Below are positions 28,401 to 40,448 of a DNA stretch of 64,000 bases, piece after piece. Within the stretch, counting starts at the first letter, position 1. The number at the start of each line of letters is the position of its first letter. The notes under the pieces are model-generated. The model was given only the letters and a program-made list of their open reading frames with translations. It did no database searches and was not told where the DNA came from. Source of the DNA: the human T2T-CHM13v2.0 reference genome, Homo sapiens; NCBI RefSeq assembly GCF_009914755.1, contig NC_060928.1; one strand, 5' to 3'. Position numbers and translations under genes: made by a program.

Positions 28401-29281
28401 CGCAATCTCTCTCTGAACCAAAACATTCAGCACAGGAATGAAGCAAAAGCAGAAAAAAAAAATCTTATTTGGATGATGAATTCTACAAGAAATTTATGGT
28501 ATAGCTCAGTTTTTCTATAGGTTTTATTAGGAGCCTGGGATTAAACTTAGATCCCTTCAGGATCTAATGTACAGATAATTTTTCTTGCCCTGTTTCATTT
28601 TGGCTACAAACTTTCCCACTGAGTTAACAGTGCTAAATTCAGAGCATGTGAAGGATACTTCACGTAGTAATATTTTTAAAAGGAAGCAGGAAGGGAGGCT
28701 TCATCAGTGGGGTTGAAGCTTAACATGGGTTAAACGGACATCTCTCTAGTTGCCTATTATGTAGAAGAAAAATACATGAATTTAGAAGGCAGCTAAGTTC
28801 CTGAACCAAGTTTATCTATTTGCCTGTGCTGGAGGGTCTTAAAGAGTTTATTACTCACAATTTTTTTGCTTTTGTTTTAAATTTTGTATCTGTGTCATGG
28901 CAACTTTCTTCATTTCTAGATTCAAGTTTAGCCTAACTGAGAAAAAAAGGCAGTGCAATCAGTGATACTGTTATAGGGACGACTAACAGCTCAGGAGGTG
29001 ACTGGGGAGGCGCTGGTCGGGCTGCTCAAACAGTCATTACATTGTTAGATTACGAATCGTCAGGTAATCCCTAACAACAGCCACACACACCATCCACTCA
29101 TTTAACAAACATCTTCCGCTATGCAAATAAACTGCAAACAATGTGTTTTAAAGGCAGAAATGGATCAAGTTTCTTCTAAATTATTACAGTGATTGAGCAC
29201 ACAGCACAAAACCCACTTTTTTGCTCACTCCTTACCGTGAATTCCCACCACCAACATTCTGAAGCCCAGACTGAAAAACCA

Positions 29282-32200
29282 ACTAGCAGGTGCTTTAATG
29301 AGGGCCCACAGGTCACACGGCAAACTGGCAGGTGCTCTAATGAGGGCCCACAGGTCACACGGCAAACTGGCAGGTGCTCTAATGAGGGCCCGCAGGTCAC
29401 ACGGCGGACTGGCAGGTACTCTAATGAGGGCCCACAGGTCACACGGCGGACTGGCAGGTACTCTAATGAGGGCCCGCAGGTCACGCGGCGGACTGGCAGG
29501 TACTCTAATGAGGGCCCACAGGTCACACGGCGGACTGGCAGGTGCTCTAATGCGGGCCCACAGGTCACACGGCAAACTGGCAGGTACTCTAATGCGGGCC
29601 CACAGGTCACACGGCAAACTGGCAGGTACTCTAATGTGGGCCCACAGGTCACACGGCGGACTGGCAGGTGCTCTAATGAGGGCCCACAGGTCACACGGCG
29701 GACTGGCAGGTGCTCTAATGAGGGCCCACAGGTCACACGGCGGACTGGCAGGTGCTCTAATGCGGGCCCACAGTTCACACGGCGGACTGGCAGGTGCTCT
29801 AATGCGGGCCCACAGTTCACACGGCGGACTGGCAGGTGCTCTAATGCGGGCCCACAGGTCACACGGCGGACTGGCAGGTGCTCTAATGCGGGCCCACAGG
29901 CCACACGGCAAACTGGCAGGTACTCTAATGTGGGCCCACAGGTCACACGGCGGACTGGCAGGTACTCTAATGAGGGCCCACAGGTCACACGGCGGACTGG
30001 CAGGTGCTCTAATGAGGGCCCACAGGCCACACGGCGGACTGGCAGGTGCTCTAATGCGGGCCCACAGGCCACACGGCAAACTGGCAGGTACTCTAATGCG
30101 GGCCCACAGGTCACACGGCGGACTGGCAGGTACTCTATTGAGGGCCCACAGGTCACACGGCGGACTGGCAGGTGCTCTAATGTGGGCCCACAGGTCACAC
30201 GGCGGACTGGCAGGTGCTCTAATGTGGGCCCACAGTTCACACGGCGGACTGGCAGGTGCTCTAATGCGGGCCCACAGGTCACACGGCGGACTGGCAGGTG
30301 CTCTAATGCGGGCCCACAGGTCACACGGCGGACTGGCAGGTACTCTAATGAGGGCCCACAGGTCACACGGCGGACTGGCAGGTACTCTAATGAGGGCCCA
30401 CAGGTCACACGGCGGACTGGCAGGTACTCTAATGTGGGCCCACAGGTCACACGGCGGACTGGCAGGTGCTCTAATGTGGGCCCACAGGTCACACGGCGGA
30501 CTGGCAGGTGCTCTAATGAGGGCCCACAGGTCACACGGCGGACTGGCAGGTGCTCTAATGAGGGCCCACAGGCCACACGGCAAACTGGCAGGTGCTCTAA
30601 TGCGGGCCCACAGGCCACACGGCGGACTGGCAGGTACTCTAATGAGGGCCCACAGGTCACACGGCGGACTGGCAGGTACTCTAATGCGGGCCCACAGGCC
30701 ACACGGCAAACTGGCAGGTGCTCTAATGCGGGCCCACAGGCCACACGGCGGACTGGCAGGTGCTCTAATGCGGGCCCACAGGTCACACGGCGGACTGGCA
30801 GGTGCTCTAATGCGGGCCCACAGTTCACACGGCGGACTGGCAGGTACTCTAATGCGGGCCCACAGGCCACGCGGCGGACTGGCAGGTACTCTAATGCGGG
30901 CCCACAGGTCACGCGGCGGACTGGCAGGTACTCTAATGCGGGCCCACAGGCCACGCGGCGGACTGGCAGGTACTCTATTGAGGGCCCACAGGTCACGCGG
31001 CGGACTGGCAGGTACTCTATTGAGGGCCCACAGGTCACGCGGCGGACTGGCAGGTACTCTATTGAGGGCCCACAGGTCACACGGCGGACTGGCAGGTGCT
31101 CTAATGTGGGCCCACAGGTCACACGGCGGACTGGCAGGTGCTCTAATGTGGGCCCACAGGTCACACGGCGGACTGGCAGGTGCTCTAATGCGGGCCCACA
31201 GGTCACACGGCGGACTGGCAGGTACTCTAATGAGGGCCCACAGGTCACACGGCGGACTGGCAGGTACTCTAATGAGGGCCCACAGGTCACACGGCGGACT
31301 GGCAGGTACTCTAATGTGGGCCCACAGGTCACACGGCGGACTGGCAGGTGCTCTAATGTGGGCCCACAGGTCACACGGCGGACTGGCAGGTGCTCTAATG
31401 AGGGCCCACAGGTCACACGGCGGACTGGCAGGTACTCTAATGAGGGCCCACAGGTCACACGGCGGACTGGCAGGTACTCTAATGTGGGCCCACAGGTCAC
31501 ACGGCGGACTGGCAGGTGCTCTAATGCGGGCCCACAGTTCACACGGCGGACTGGCAGGTGCTCTAATGCGGGCCCACAGGTCACACGGCGGACTGGCAGG
31601 TACTCTAATGCGGGCCCACAGGCCACACGGCAAACTGGCAGGTACTCTAATGTGGGCCCACAGGTCACACGGCGGACTGGCAGGTACTCTAATGAGGGCC
31701 CACAGGTCACACGGCGGACTGGCAGGTGCTCTAATGAGGGCCCACAGGTCACACGGCGGACTGGCAGGTGCTCTAATGAGGGCCCACAGGCCACACGGCA
31801 AACTGGCAGGTGCTCTAATGCGGGCCCACAGGCCACACGGCGGACTGGCAGGTACTCTAATGAGGGCCCACAGGTCACACGGCGGACTGGCAGGTGCTCT
31901 AATGCGGGCCCACAGGTCACACGGCGGACTGGCAGGTGCTCTAATGCGGGCCCACAGTTCACACGGCGGACTGGCAGGTACTCTAATGCGGGCCCACAGG
32001 CCACGCGGCGGACTGGCAGGTACTCTAATGCGGGCCCACAGGTCACGCGGCGGACTGGCAGGTGCTCTAATGAGGGCCCACAGGTCACGCGGCGGACTGG
32101 CAGGTACTCTAATGCGGGCCCACAGGTCACGCGGCGGACTGGCAGGTGCTCTAATGCGGGCCCACAGGTCACACGGCGGACTGGCAGGTGCTCTAATGAG

Positions 32201-32341
32201 GGCCTACAGGTCACACGGCGGACTAGCAGGTACTCTAATGAGGGCCCACAGGTCACGCGGCGGACTGGCAGGTGCTCTAATGTGGGCCCACAGGCCACGC
32301 GGCGGACTGGTAGGTACTCTAATGAGGGCCCACAGGTCACA
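29282..32341. repeat. GC-rich minisatellite (VNTR), 42-bp unit x 73
   Basis: Consensus ggcaggtRctctaatgHgggcccacaggtcacacggcggact. The first and last gggccc at 29302 and 32326 are exactly 72 x 42 bp apart. Confidence 0.98.
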
Positions 32342-33789
32342 TAGTGGACTGCGTTTTCATCTCCAGGATCCAGCAGCTTCCTGCGTTCGACCGTATTTTC
32401 ATCTGCTCCACTAAGCAACTCCTACAGGGGACCAGAGACATCATTTTGCACACACAGGCTGGTGGCAACTCACTTCTCATTTCACAGCAGCCCTGTCATG
32501 CTGTTTCCCAGCTTATAAGAAACAGAAATATCTCATCAGATAGATATTCCGCATAAGTGGTGAAAAATAAATGTTCCTGACTTTACGCGTTTGACCAAAT
32601 AACATGAAAACATTTCTAACAGCATACAATATGGATGCAAAGAACAAAATGAGAAGAACACTGCTTTTCTGGGAAAGTAGGTAATATCTCACTTAGAGAC
32701 AAATGTAAAAACTGCACTTCTTCTTCTACAATAATACGTTAGGATTGGGAATAGTAGGCAGGAACCTTCCCCAGAAACTGCCCAGGAGGCATGAGGTCAT
32801 TGTTTGTTGAAACATTTCTAAGAAATCATTATTCAATAGAAGACTTGCTTTCACAATTAAAAGAGCATTTGTTTGCTAATGCAACTGTTTTGTTAACTCC
32901 TGAGGATGGGAATAGGACAATATATGCTTCTCAGAATATAAAACCCAACAATCTCATTTTTATAACATTTTATTGTTTGATATATGCAGCGGTTTATAAG
33001 TCACTAGCACATGCTCCTAGTGTCTGTCACTATTAACATTCCAATTTTTCATCTGAGAAAGCAAAAAATAAGAGTTATACAGTACTACTGACTAAATCTA
33101 GTGAAATGCAGGATTATTTTTGAATTGAAATAACTCACTATTAATTCAAAAGTTTTACCAAAATAGATAAGAAATGGCAAATCAGATAGCTTTTTTTTTT
33201 TGGCCCCTAATCTGATGATTTTACAAGTTTATGAGTAAACAAAATTCAACTTAAAAATCCCAATAAATAATAACGTATTTTTTAAATGTGGGCATTGACA
33301 GAAAATCTTTACTATGCGTTGTATCTTTGCATAATTAGAAATAAATATCATATTTTCATTTAATTATTTATGACTTTGTTTTGAAGGAATTCAATGAATT
33401 CAAGCAATTCTTAGGGCTCACATTTATGCAGTTCCCACTTGAAAATCATAACTCAATAAAGTTTTTTTATATTGCTGACACAGATTGAACCAAAACAATT
33501 AAAATTATGAAATACTCAGTTTCATTGCCTAATTCTATAATTAAAAGCTGTTATTAATATAATTATATAAATATTTATATGTAAAGTTATGTAATATTGC
33601 TCATTATTTTATAGCAACATTCTACAGCCAGGAGAGCTTTGTCGCCAGTTGCATATTGTGTAGGATGATTGCATATTGTGTAGGGATAGGTAATGTGGCC
33701 TATTGATGTCTAAGGTATGCATTAATTCCTGTTGTTAAGATTTTAACAACACAGAATGACATAGAATATTATAATAGCTCTTTTTCATT

Positions 33790-33960
33790 GACATCTTCTC
33801 ACCCAAAACTCAACAAACTCCTGAGATAGGTATTATTTTATTTTACAGATGCAAAAGATGAGGTACTAATTAGTTAAATAACTTGCCTAAGAGTATCATT
33901 AAGTGGCAGACTCAGAACTCAAACCAAAGCTGTGTGGCCTCAGATTCACATAATCATGAT
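33790..33960 (-). mobile_element. MIR fragment
   Basis: gagataggtattatttta...ttttacagatg...gttaaataacttgcctaag...cagaactcaaacc. Confidence 0.6.
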
Positions 33961-36900
33961 TTTCAAATTTTAATGTGCATAAAAAACATCTATTTCTGGC
34001 CAAGATGGAGCAAAAAAGATTCCAGATTTATCCTCCTGCCTGAATCAATTGACAAAGTACACAAAATATACAAAACATTTTTTCACAACATTGGGCATTA
34101 GGCAATGAAGAACAGTGGATGAGAGATGAGAAACACACGATATGAGCCCTGTGCTTGTCCTAGCTTGCTGCCTGGTGGGAGTGACTTGCTGCCTGGTGGG
34201 AGTGACCAGCAGGGAATGCAGTAAGGGGGATATGGGTGATGAACAGCAGTCTCCCACAATTAGAGATACTGACCTGGAGAATGGAAATGTGAAGAGAGCT
34301 GGAGTTTTGTGGACAGAATACTGGAAAGGAGAAAGCTGCACAGACAAAACTTCAGAGAACTTCAGAAAGAGCCCCTTGTATATTCAGTTTCTTACTATTT
34401 AAATGCATGTGTATCGTAAAATTACACAAGGCCAAGAAAACCATCAAAAATAAGCACCAAAGCACAAAAAGGAGTGGACATAATGCCTATTCTCACTAAC
34501 CATATTGGAAAACTGTATATTTTACTGGGCATTGGATAATGTACTCAAACAGATCTTGCCCTGGTAATGAGGAAAAATAGCTCTAGACTAAGTATATTAG
34601 TATCAGCTAATAGAGCAGAAAATAAAGATCCAATGAATTATATTATTTTCAACTGTGTCTCAGAACGAAGCTTAAGCATATTAGGAAAGTATCCAATACT
34701 GAAAGAAGGTAAATTTCACAGTGTCTGATATCCAAACAAAAATTATGACACATTAAAAGAAACAAAAATATACCACCCATAGTAAGAAGAAAAATCAATC
34801 ATTCAAAGCTGATGTATAATGAGCACAGATTCAGTACAAAGAGAGATTAAAAGTGTAATCTGCACAGCTAACATCACACTGAATGATGAAAAACTAGATG
34901 CCTTCCCACTAAGATAAAAAATAAGACAAGAATTTTTACTCTTATCACTCCACTTTACTCTATACCCTGTACTGGAGGCTCTAGCCAGGGCAGTTAGACA
35001 AGAAAAAGAAATAAATTCATCCACTTTGAAAAGAAGTAAAGCTATATCTCTTCATAGATGACTTGATCTTATATATAGAAAATCCTAAGGAATTCACTAA
35101 AACATTATTACACCATATAAGTGAGTACAGCAAGGTTGTTAGGATACAAGATCAATGTACAAAATCATTTATATATGTAGACACTTGCAATAAACAATCC
35201 ACAAATAAAAATAAAATAAAATTCCATTCACAGCAGCTTCCAAATGAATTTTATAACTTAGGAATATATTTAGCAAAATAACGGAAAATCTTATACTCTG
35301 AAAACTATAAAACATTGCTGAAAGACATTAAAGAAAGCTTAAATAAATGGATAAATATCTGTTTATTGGTCAAAAGACCCATATTTAATATTGCTAATTT
35401 AATATTGTTAAAATGAAAGCATTCCCTAAACTGATGTACAGATTCAATGCATTCCCTAATAGATTTCCAGCTGATTTCTTTGTATTCACTGGTAAGCTTA
35501 TTCTAAAATTTACACAAAATTGCAAGGGACTCCAAATAGCCAAAACCTGAAAAAGAAGAATTATGTAAGAAGACTCACATTTCCCAGTTTCAAAAGTTAC
35601 TACAAAGAAATAGTGAGCAAGACACTGCTGTCTTGGCACAACAATAGACATATAGATCAATCTAATCGAATTGAGAGTCCCGAACTAAAACCAGGCCTCT
35701 ATGGTCAACTTATTTTCAACAAGGATTCCAAGACCATTCAATGTGGGAAAAGTCTTTTTAACTAACGGCGCTGGGCCAAGTGGACAACTATGCACAGAAG
35801 AATGAAGTTGGACTCCTGCTGTGTTAGTCCATTATTGTATTTCTGGGAAGAAATACCTGAGGCTGGGTAATTTACAAATAAGAGTGGTTTATTTCGGCCC
35901 AAGTTTCTGCAGGATGTATAGGAAGTGTGGTGCAGGTATCTGCTTCCGGTAGCTTACAATCATGACAGAAGATGAGAGGGGAGCTGGTGTCACAAGGCAA
36001 GAGAGGGGAAGAGAGAGGGAGTGAGAGAGAGCGATGTGCCACACTGTTTTGAACAACCAGATTTTGCATTAACTCAGAGTGAGAGCTCACTTCTTACCAT
36101 GAGGACACCAAGCCATTCATGAGGAATCTGCCCCGATGACCCAAATACCTCCTACCAGGCCCTACCTCCAACATTAGGAATCACATTTCAACATGAGATT
36201 TGGAGTGGGGCACACATCCAAACTACATCATTCTGCCCCTGACCCTACAAATCTCTGGTCCCTCTCACATTGCAAAACAATCATGCCTTCCCAGTAGTCC
36301 CCCCAAATCTTAACTCATTTCAACATCAACTCAATTTAAGAAGACCAAAGTCTCCTCTGAGACCCAAGGCAGGTTCTTCTCACCTATAAGTCTCTAAAAT
36401 AAAAACCATGATATTTACTTCCGAGATGCTATGGCAGTACAGGCATTGGGTACACATTCCCATTCCAAAAGAATGAAATTGGCCGAAAGAAAGGGGCTTC
36501 AGGCCTCACAGGAGTCTGCAACTCAGCAGAGTGGACATTAAACCTTAAACCCCAACATGATCCTTGAATCCGTGTCCCATTTCCTGGGCACACTGGTATC
36601 AGGGGTGTGTTTCCAATACCTTGGGCAGCTTCACCCTTGTGGCTTTGCAGGGTGCACCCCCTATGGCTGCTCTTGCAGGTTGGAGTTAAGTGACTGCAGC
36701 TTTTCTACTCTGAGGTTGCAAGCCGCCAGTGGTTCTATCATTCTGGGGTCTGGAGGGTGGTGGCCCCTCCCGGCAGATCCACTAGGAAATGCCCTGGTGG
36801 AGACTGTCTGGGAGGGCCCCAACCTCACCTTCCCTCTTGGCACTGCCCTAGTAGAGGCTCCCTGTGGGGGCTCTTCCCCTGTGGCAGGCTTCTGCTCAGA

Positions 36901-37111
36901 CCCAGGCTTTCTGTCACATTCTCCGAAATCTAGGTGGAAGTTGCCAACCTTCCTTCACCCTTGCATTCTGTGCGCCTGCGGGTGGAACACCGCATGGAAG
37001 TTGTGAAGGCTTACGGTGGCTGGTGCGCTACAAAGCAGCAGCCTGAGCTGTACGTGAGACTCTTTGAGCTGAGACCGGAGTGAGAGTGGCGTGGGTACAG
37101 GAAGCAGCGTC

Positions 37112-37879
37112 CTGAGGCTGTGCAGGGCGCACGCACCCCGGACCTAGCCCCTGAAACCACTGAGCCTTTGCAGGGCGGACGCACCCCGGACCTAGCCCCT
37201 GAAACCACTGAGGCTGTGCAGGGCGGACGCACCCCGGACCTAGCCCCTGAAACTACTGAGGCTGTGCAGGGCGGACGCACCCCGGACCCAGCCCCCGAAA
37301 CCACTGAGCCTGTGCAGGGCGGACGCACCCCGGACCCAGCCCCCGAAACCACTGAGGCTGTGCAGGGCGGACGCACCCCGGACCCAGCCCCCAAAACCAC
37401 TGAGGCTGTGCAGGGCGCACGCACCCCGGACCCAGCCCCCGAAACCACTGAGCCTGTGCAGGGCGGACGCACCCCGGACCCAGCCCCCGAAACCACTGAG
37501 GCTGTGCAGGCCGGACGCACCCCGGACCCAGCCCCCGAAACCACTGAGGCTGTGCAGGGCGGACGCACCCCGGACCCAGCCCCCGAAACCACTGAGGCTG
37601 TGCAGGGCGGACGCACCCTGGACCCAGCCCCCGAAACCACTGAGCCTGTGCAGGGCGGACGCACCCTGGACCCAGCCCCCGAAACCATTGAGGCTGTGCA
37701 GGGCGGACGCACCCTGGACCCAGCCCCCGAAACCACTGAGCCTGTGCAGGGCGGACGCACCCCGGACCCAGCCCCCGAAACCATTGAGGCTGTGCAGGGC
37801 GGACGCACCCTGGACCCAGCCCCCGAAACCATTGAGGCTGTGCAGGGCGGACGCACCCTGGACCTAGCCCCCGAAACCA
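37112..37879. repeat. GC-rich minisatellite, 48-bp unit x 16, inside the MST internal region
   Basis: Unit ctgaggctgtgcagggcggacgcaccccggacccagcccccgaaacca; 768 bp = 16 x 48. Confidence 0.97.
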
Positions 37880-38414
37880 TTCTTTTCTCCTAGGCCCCTG
37901 AGCCTGGATGGGAAGGGCTGTCTCAAAGACCTCGGAAATGCCTTCGAGACCTTTTTCCTCTTGTCTTGGATATTAGCACTTGGCTCCCTGTTAGTCATGA
38001 AAATCTCTCTAGCAAGTGGTTGCTCCTCAGCCCGCTTGGATTCTTTCTCCACCATGGAGCCAGGCTCCCAATTTTTGAATCTTCTACACTCTACTTCCCT
38101 TTTAAATATAAGTTCCAACTTTAAGTAATATCTTTGCTCCCACATCTGAGGGTAGGCTGTTCAAAGTAGCCAGGCCACGTTTGAACACTTTGCTGCTTAG
38201 AAATTCTCCCTCCTGATACCCTAGGTCATCACTCGTAAGTTCAAACTTCCACAGATAGTAGTGCATGAACACAATGCAGACAAGTTCTTTGCTAGGGCAC
38301 AACAAGGGTGAGCTTTGCTCTAGTTCCTAGTAAATTCCTCATTTCTATCTGACATCACATTATTCTGGCCTTCATTGTCCATATTTTATCAGCATTTTGA
38401 TTACAACCATTTAA

Positions 38415-38926
38415 CTCTTTTCCCATTTGTCCGAGAATACTCACTGGCGGCGCTTGTGGCTGCGGCACTAACCCCAAGATAACTTTGCCGCAAAAATTTC
38501 CCTTTTATTACTATTTTCACATTATGCTAGAATATTGACTTTGGAAACAAAATACCTCATTTTTATTCTATTGTAGCATTGTGTTTTTAGTAGTGGTATT
38601 TCCATTTACAAAATATAGTGATTCTCAATGGCTGAAAATGTCAAATCCTAGAAAATGTGGCATTTCTACACTTGATGTTAACACTGTTCTCAAATAGGTG
38701 TTTGCCAAAGATTTATGTGATGAATTTCATTTTTCCAAAAGAGATGACTCTGATGATTCAGATGATTTTGGGGTTAGTTCTGTTTAGAAATAACTTCAAG
38801 AACAGTTTTTGTATTTTATTTTCACATTGAAAATCAGTCAGATTTGCTTCATCCTCAGAGTGTGTTTATGTAAAGTTAAATGAAGGCTGGCAGCATGCTC
38901 CACTTTTTTTCTAAATGGGAAAAGTG
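38415..38926. mobile_element. MER75 (piggyBac-family MITE)
   Basis: TTAA on both sides (38411-38414, 38927-38930); TIRs ctcttttcccattt / aaatgggaaaagtg; 512 bp. Confidence 0.9.
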
Positions 38927-40200
38927 TTAACCAATCTCTAAGAAGTTGTAAACCTTTCCTCATCTTTCTGTCTTTTTCTAAGCCCTCAAAACTCTTCCAA
39001 CCTCTGCTCATTACCCAGTTCAAAAGCCACATTTTTGTTTCCACATTTTCACTTACCACAGAAGTATCTTTACAGCAATATGTCCCTCCTCAGTACCAGT
39101 TTTCTGTGTTAGTCTATTTTTGCATTACTGTAAATAAATATCGGAGACTGGGTAACTTATAAAGAAAAGTGGTGGATGTTGGCTCACTGTGTGTGCAAGC
39201 TGAGCAAGAAGCATGGTGCGTGCATCTGCTTCTGTTGAGGCCCTCAGGAAGCTTATAGTCATGGTGAAAGGCAAAAGGGGAGCTGGTGTGTCACACAGTG
39301 AGAAAGATAAAAAGAGAGGGAGTGAGAGAGAGAGAGAAGGGATGTGCCATACTCTTTTAAACAACCAGATTTCACATGAACTCAGAGTGAGAACTCATTC
39401 ATTACTGCAGGGGCCCAAAGCCATTCAAGAGGGATCCACCTCCAGGACCTAAATACCTTTCACTAGGCCCACTTCCAACATGGGAGATTACATTTCAACA
39501 CGAGATATGGAAAAGACACACATCCAGACCATATCACCTGGTTTATATTATATACAAAAATTAACCCAAAATGGATCAAAGACCTAGATGTAAGAACAAA
39601 ACTGTAACATTCTCAAAAGAAAACATAGAAGTAAAATCTTCATGACCTTGTATTTGGCAAAGAATTATTGGATGAGATATCAAAAGCACAGCATAAAAAG
39701 AGAAAACCTGATAAACTGAATGTCAAAGTAATTAAAAACTTTTGTGCTAAAAAACACCATCAAGAAAATAAAAAGATTACACACAAAATGAAAAAAGTCA
39801 TAAGCCATACTCATAAGGGGTTTATACACAGAATATGTAAAGAACCCTTATAACTCCATAGTAAAAAAAAATGTGAAAATTGGGCCAAGAATCTGAATTG
39901 ATGTTTCCTTAAATAAGATATATAAATGGCCAATAAGCGCATAAAATTATTTGCTCAACATCAGTAGTTATCAGGAAAATACAGATCAAACCAAAATTAG
40001 ATACCATGTCATACCCACTAGGATGGCTAGAATAAAAAAAATCAGATAACAATTTAAAAAGATGAGGATGTCAAGAAATGGGAGCCCTCAATAATGCTGG
40101 TGGTAATAGAAAATAGTCCATTCATGTGGGGAAACAGTCTTGCAGTTTCTCCAACAACTCGATGCAGAGTTATTAAATGACAGAAATTCTGCTCCTAGGC

Positions 40201-40448
40201 AAAGATGATCCTCAACTTATGATGAGGTTGCATCTCAATAAATGCATCCAAAGTTAAAAATGCATTTAACGTTTGCAATACAGCAGATTGTCCCTGATGG
40301 TACAAACAACATACTCATTCAGTAAAATCCATAACTCCATCATAAGTCATAAGGAGCTCCTTTGGTTTCAATAAAGTTATGTCCTGATGAACCTATCATA
40401 AAGTTAAAAATTATAACTTGAACCATTGTAAGTCAGAGAACATCTCTA
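40201..40448. mobile_element. MER6-like TcMar-Tigger MITE
   Basis: Inverted termini agatgatcctcaacttatgatg / cattgtaagtcagagaacatct interrupt the L1. Confidence 0.65.

Larger units (their letters stand above)
35820..39536 (-). mobile_element. MSTB-type MaLR, full structure (LTR 35820-36230, internal region, LTR 39105-39536)
   Basis: Two related LTRs run tgtgttagtc...atca, with 5-bp TSD cctgc/cctgg and MaLR internal ORF remnants (LKLELIFKRE; LLNWVMSRGWKSFEG). Confidence 0.92.

Noticed and set aside
29282-32341. CRISPR-like array
   Set aside because: The units are head-to-tail with no unique spacers, there are no cas genes, and the context is primate.
29176-32418. ORFs of 858-1080 aa as established protein-coding genes
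   Set aside because: Four overlapping frames are open simply because the 42-bp unit lacks stops in them. There is no recognisable domain and the variants are not synonymous-biased, so they are kept only as a hypothesis.
37011-37893. Mucin-like 257-aa and antisense 289-aa ORFs
   Set aside because: Translations of a 48-bp repeat inside MST-int, with no signal peptide or gene structure.
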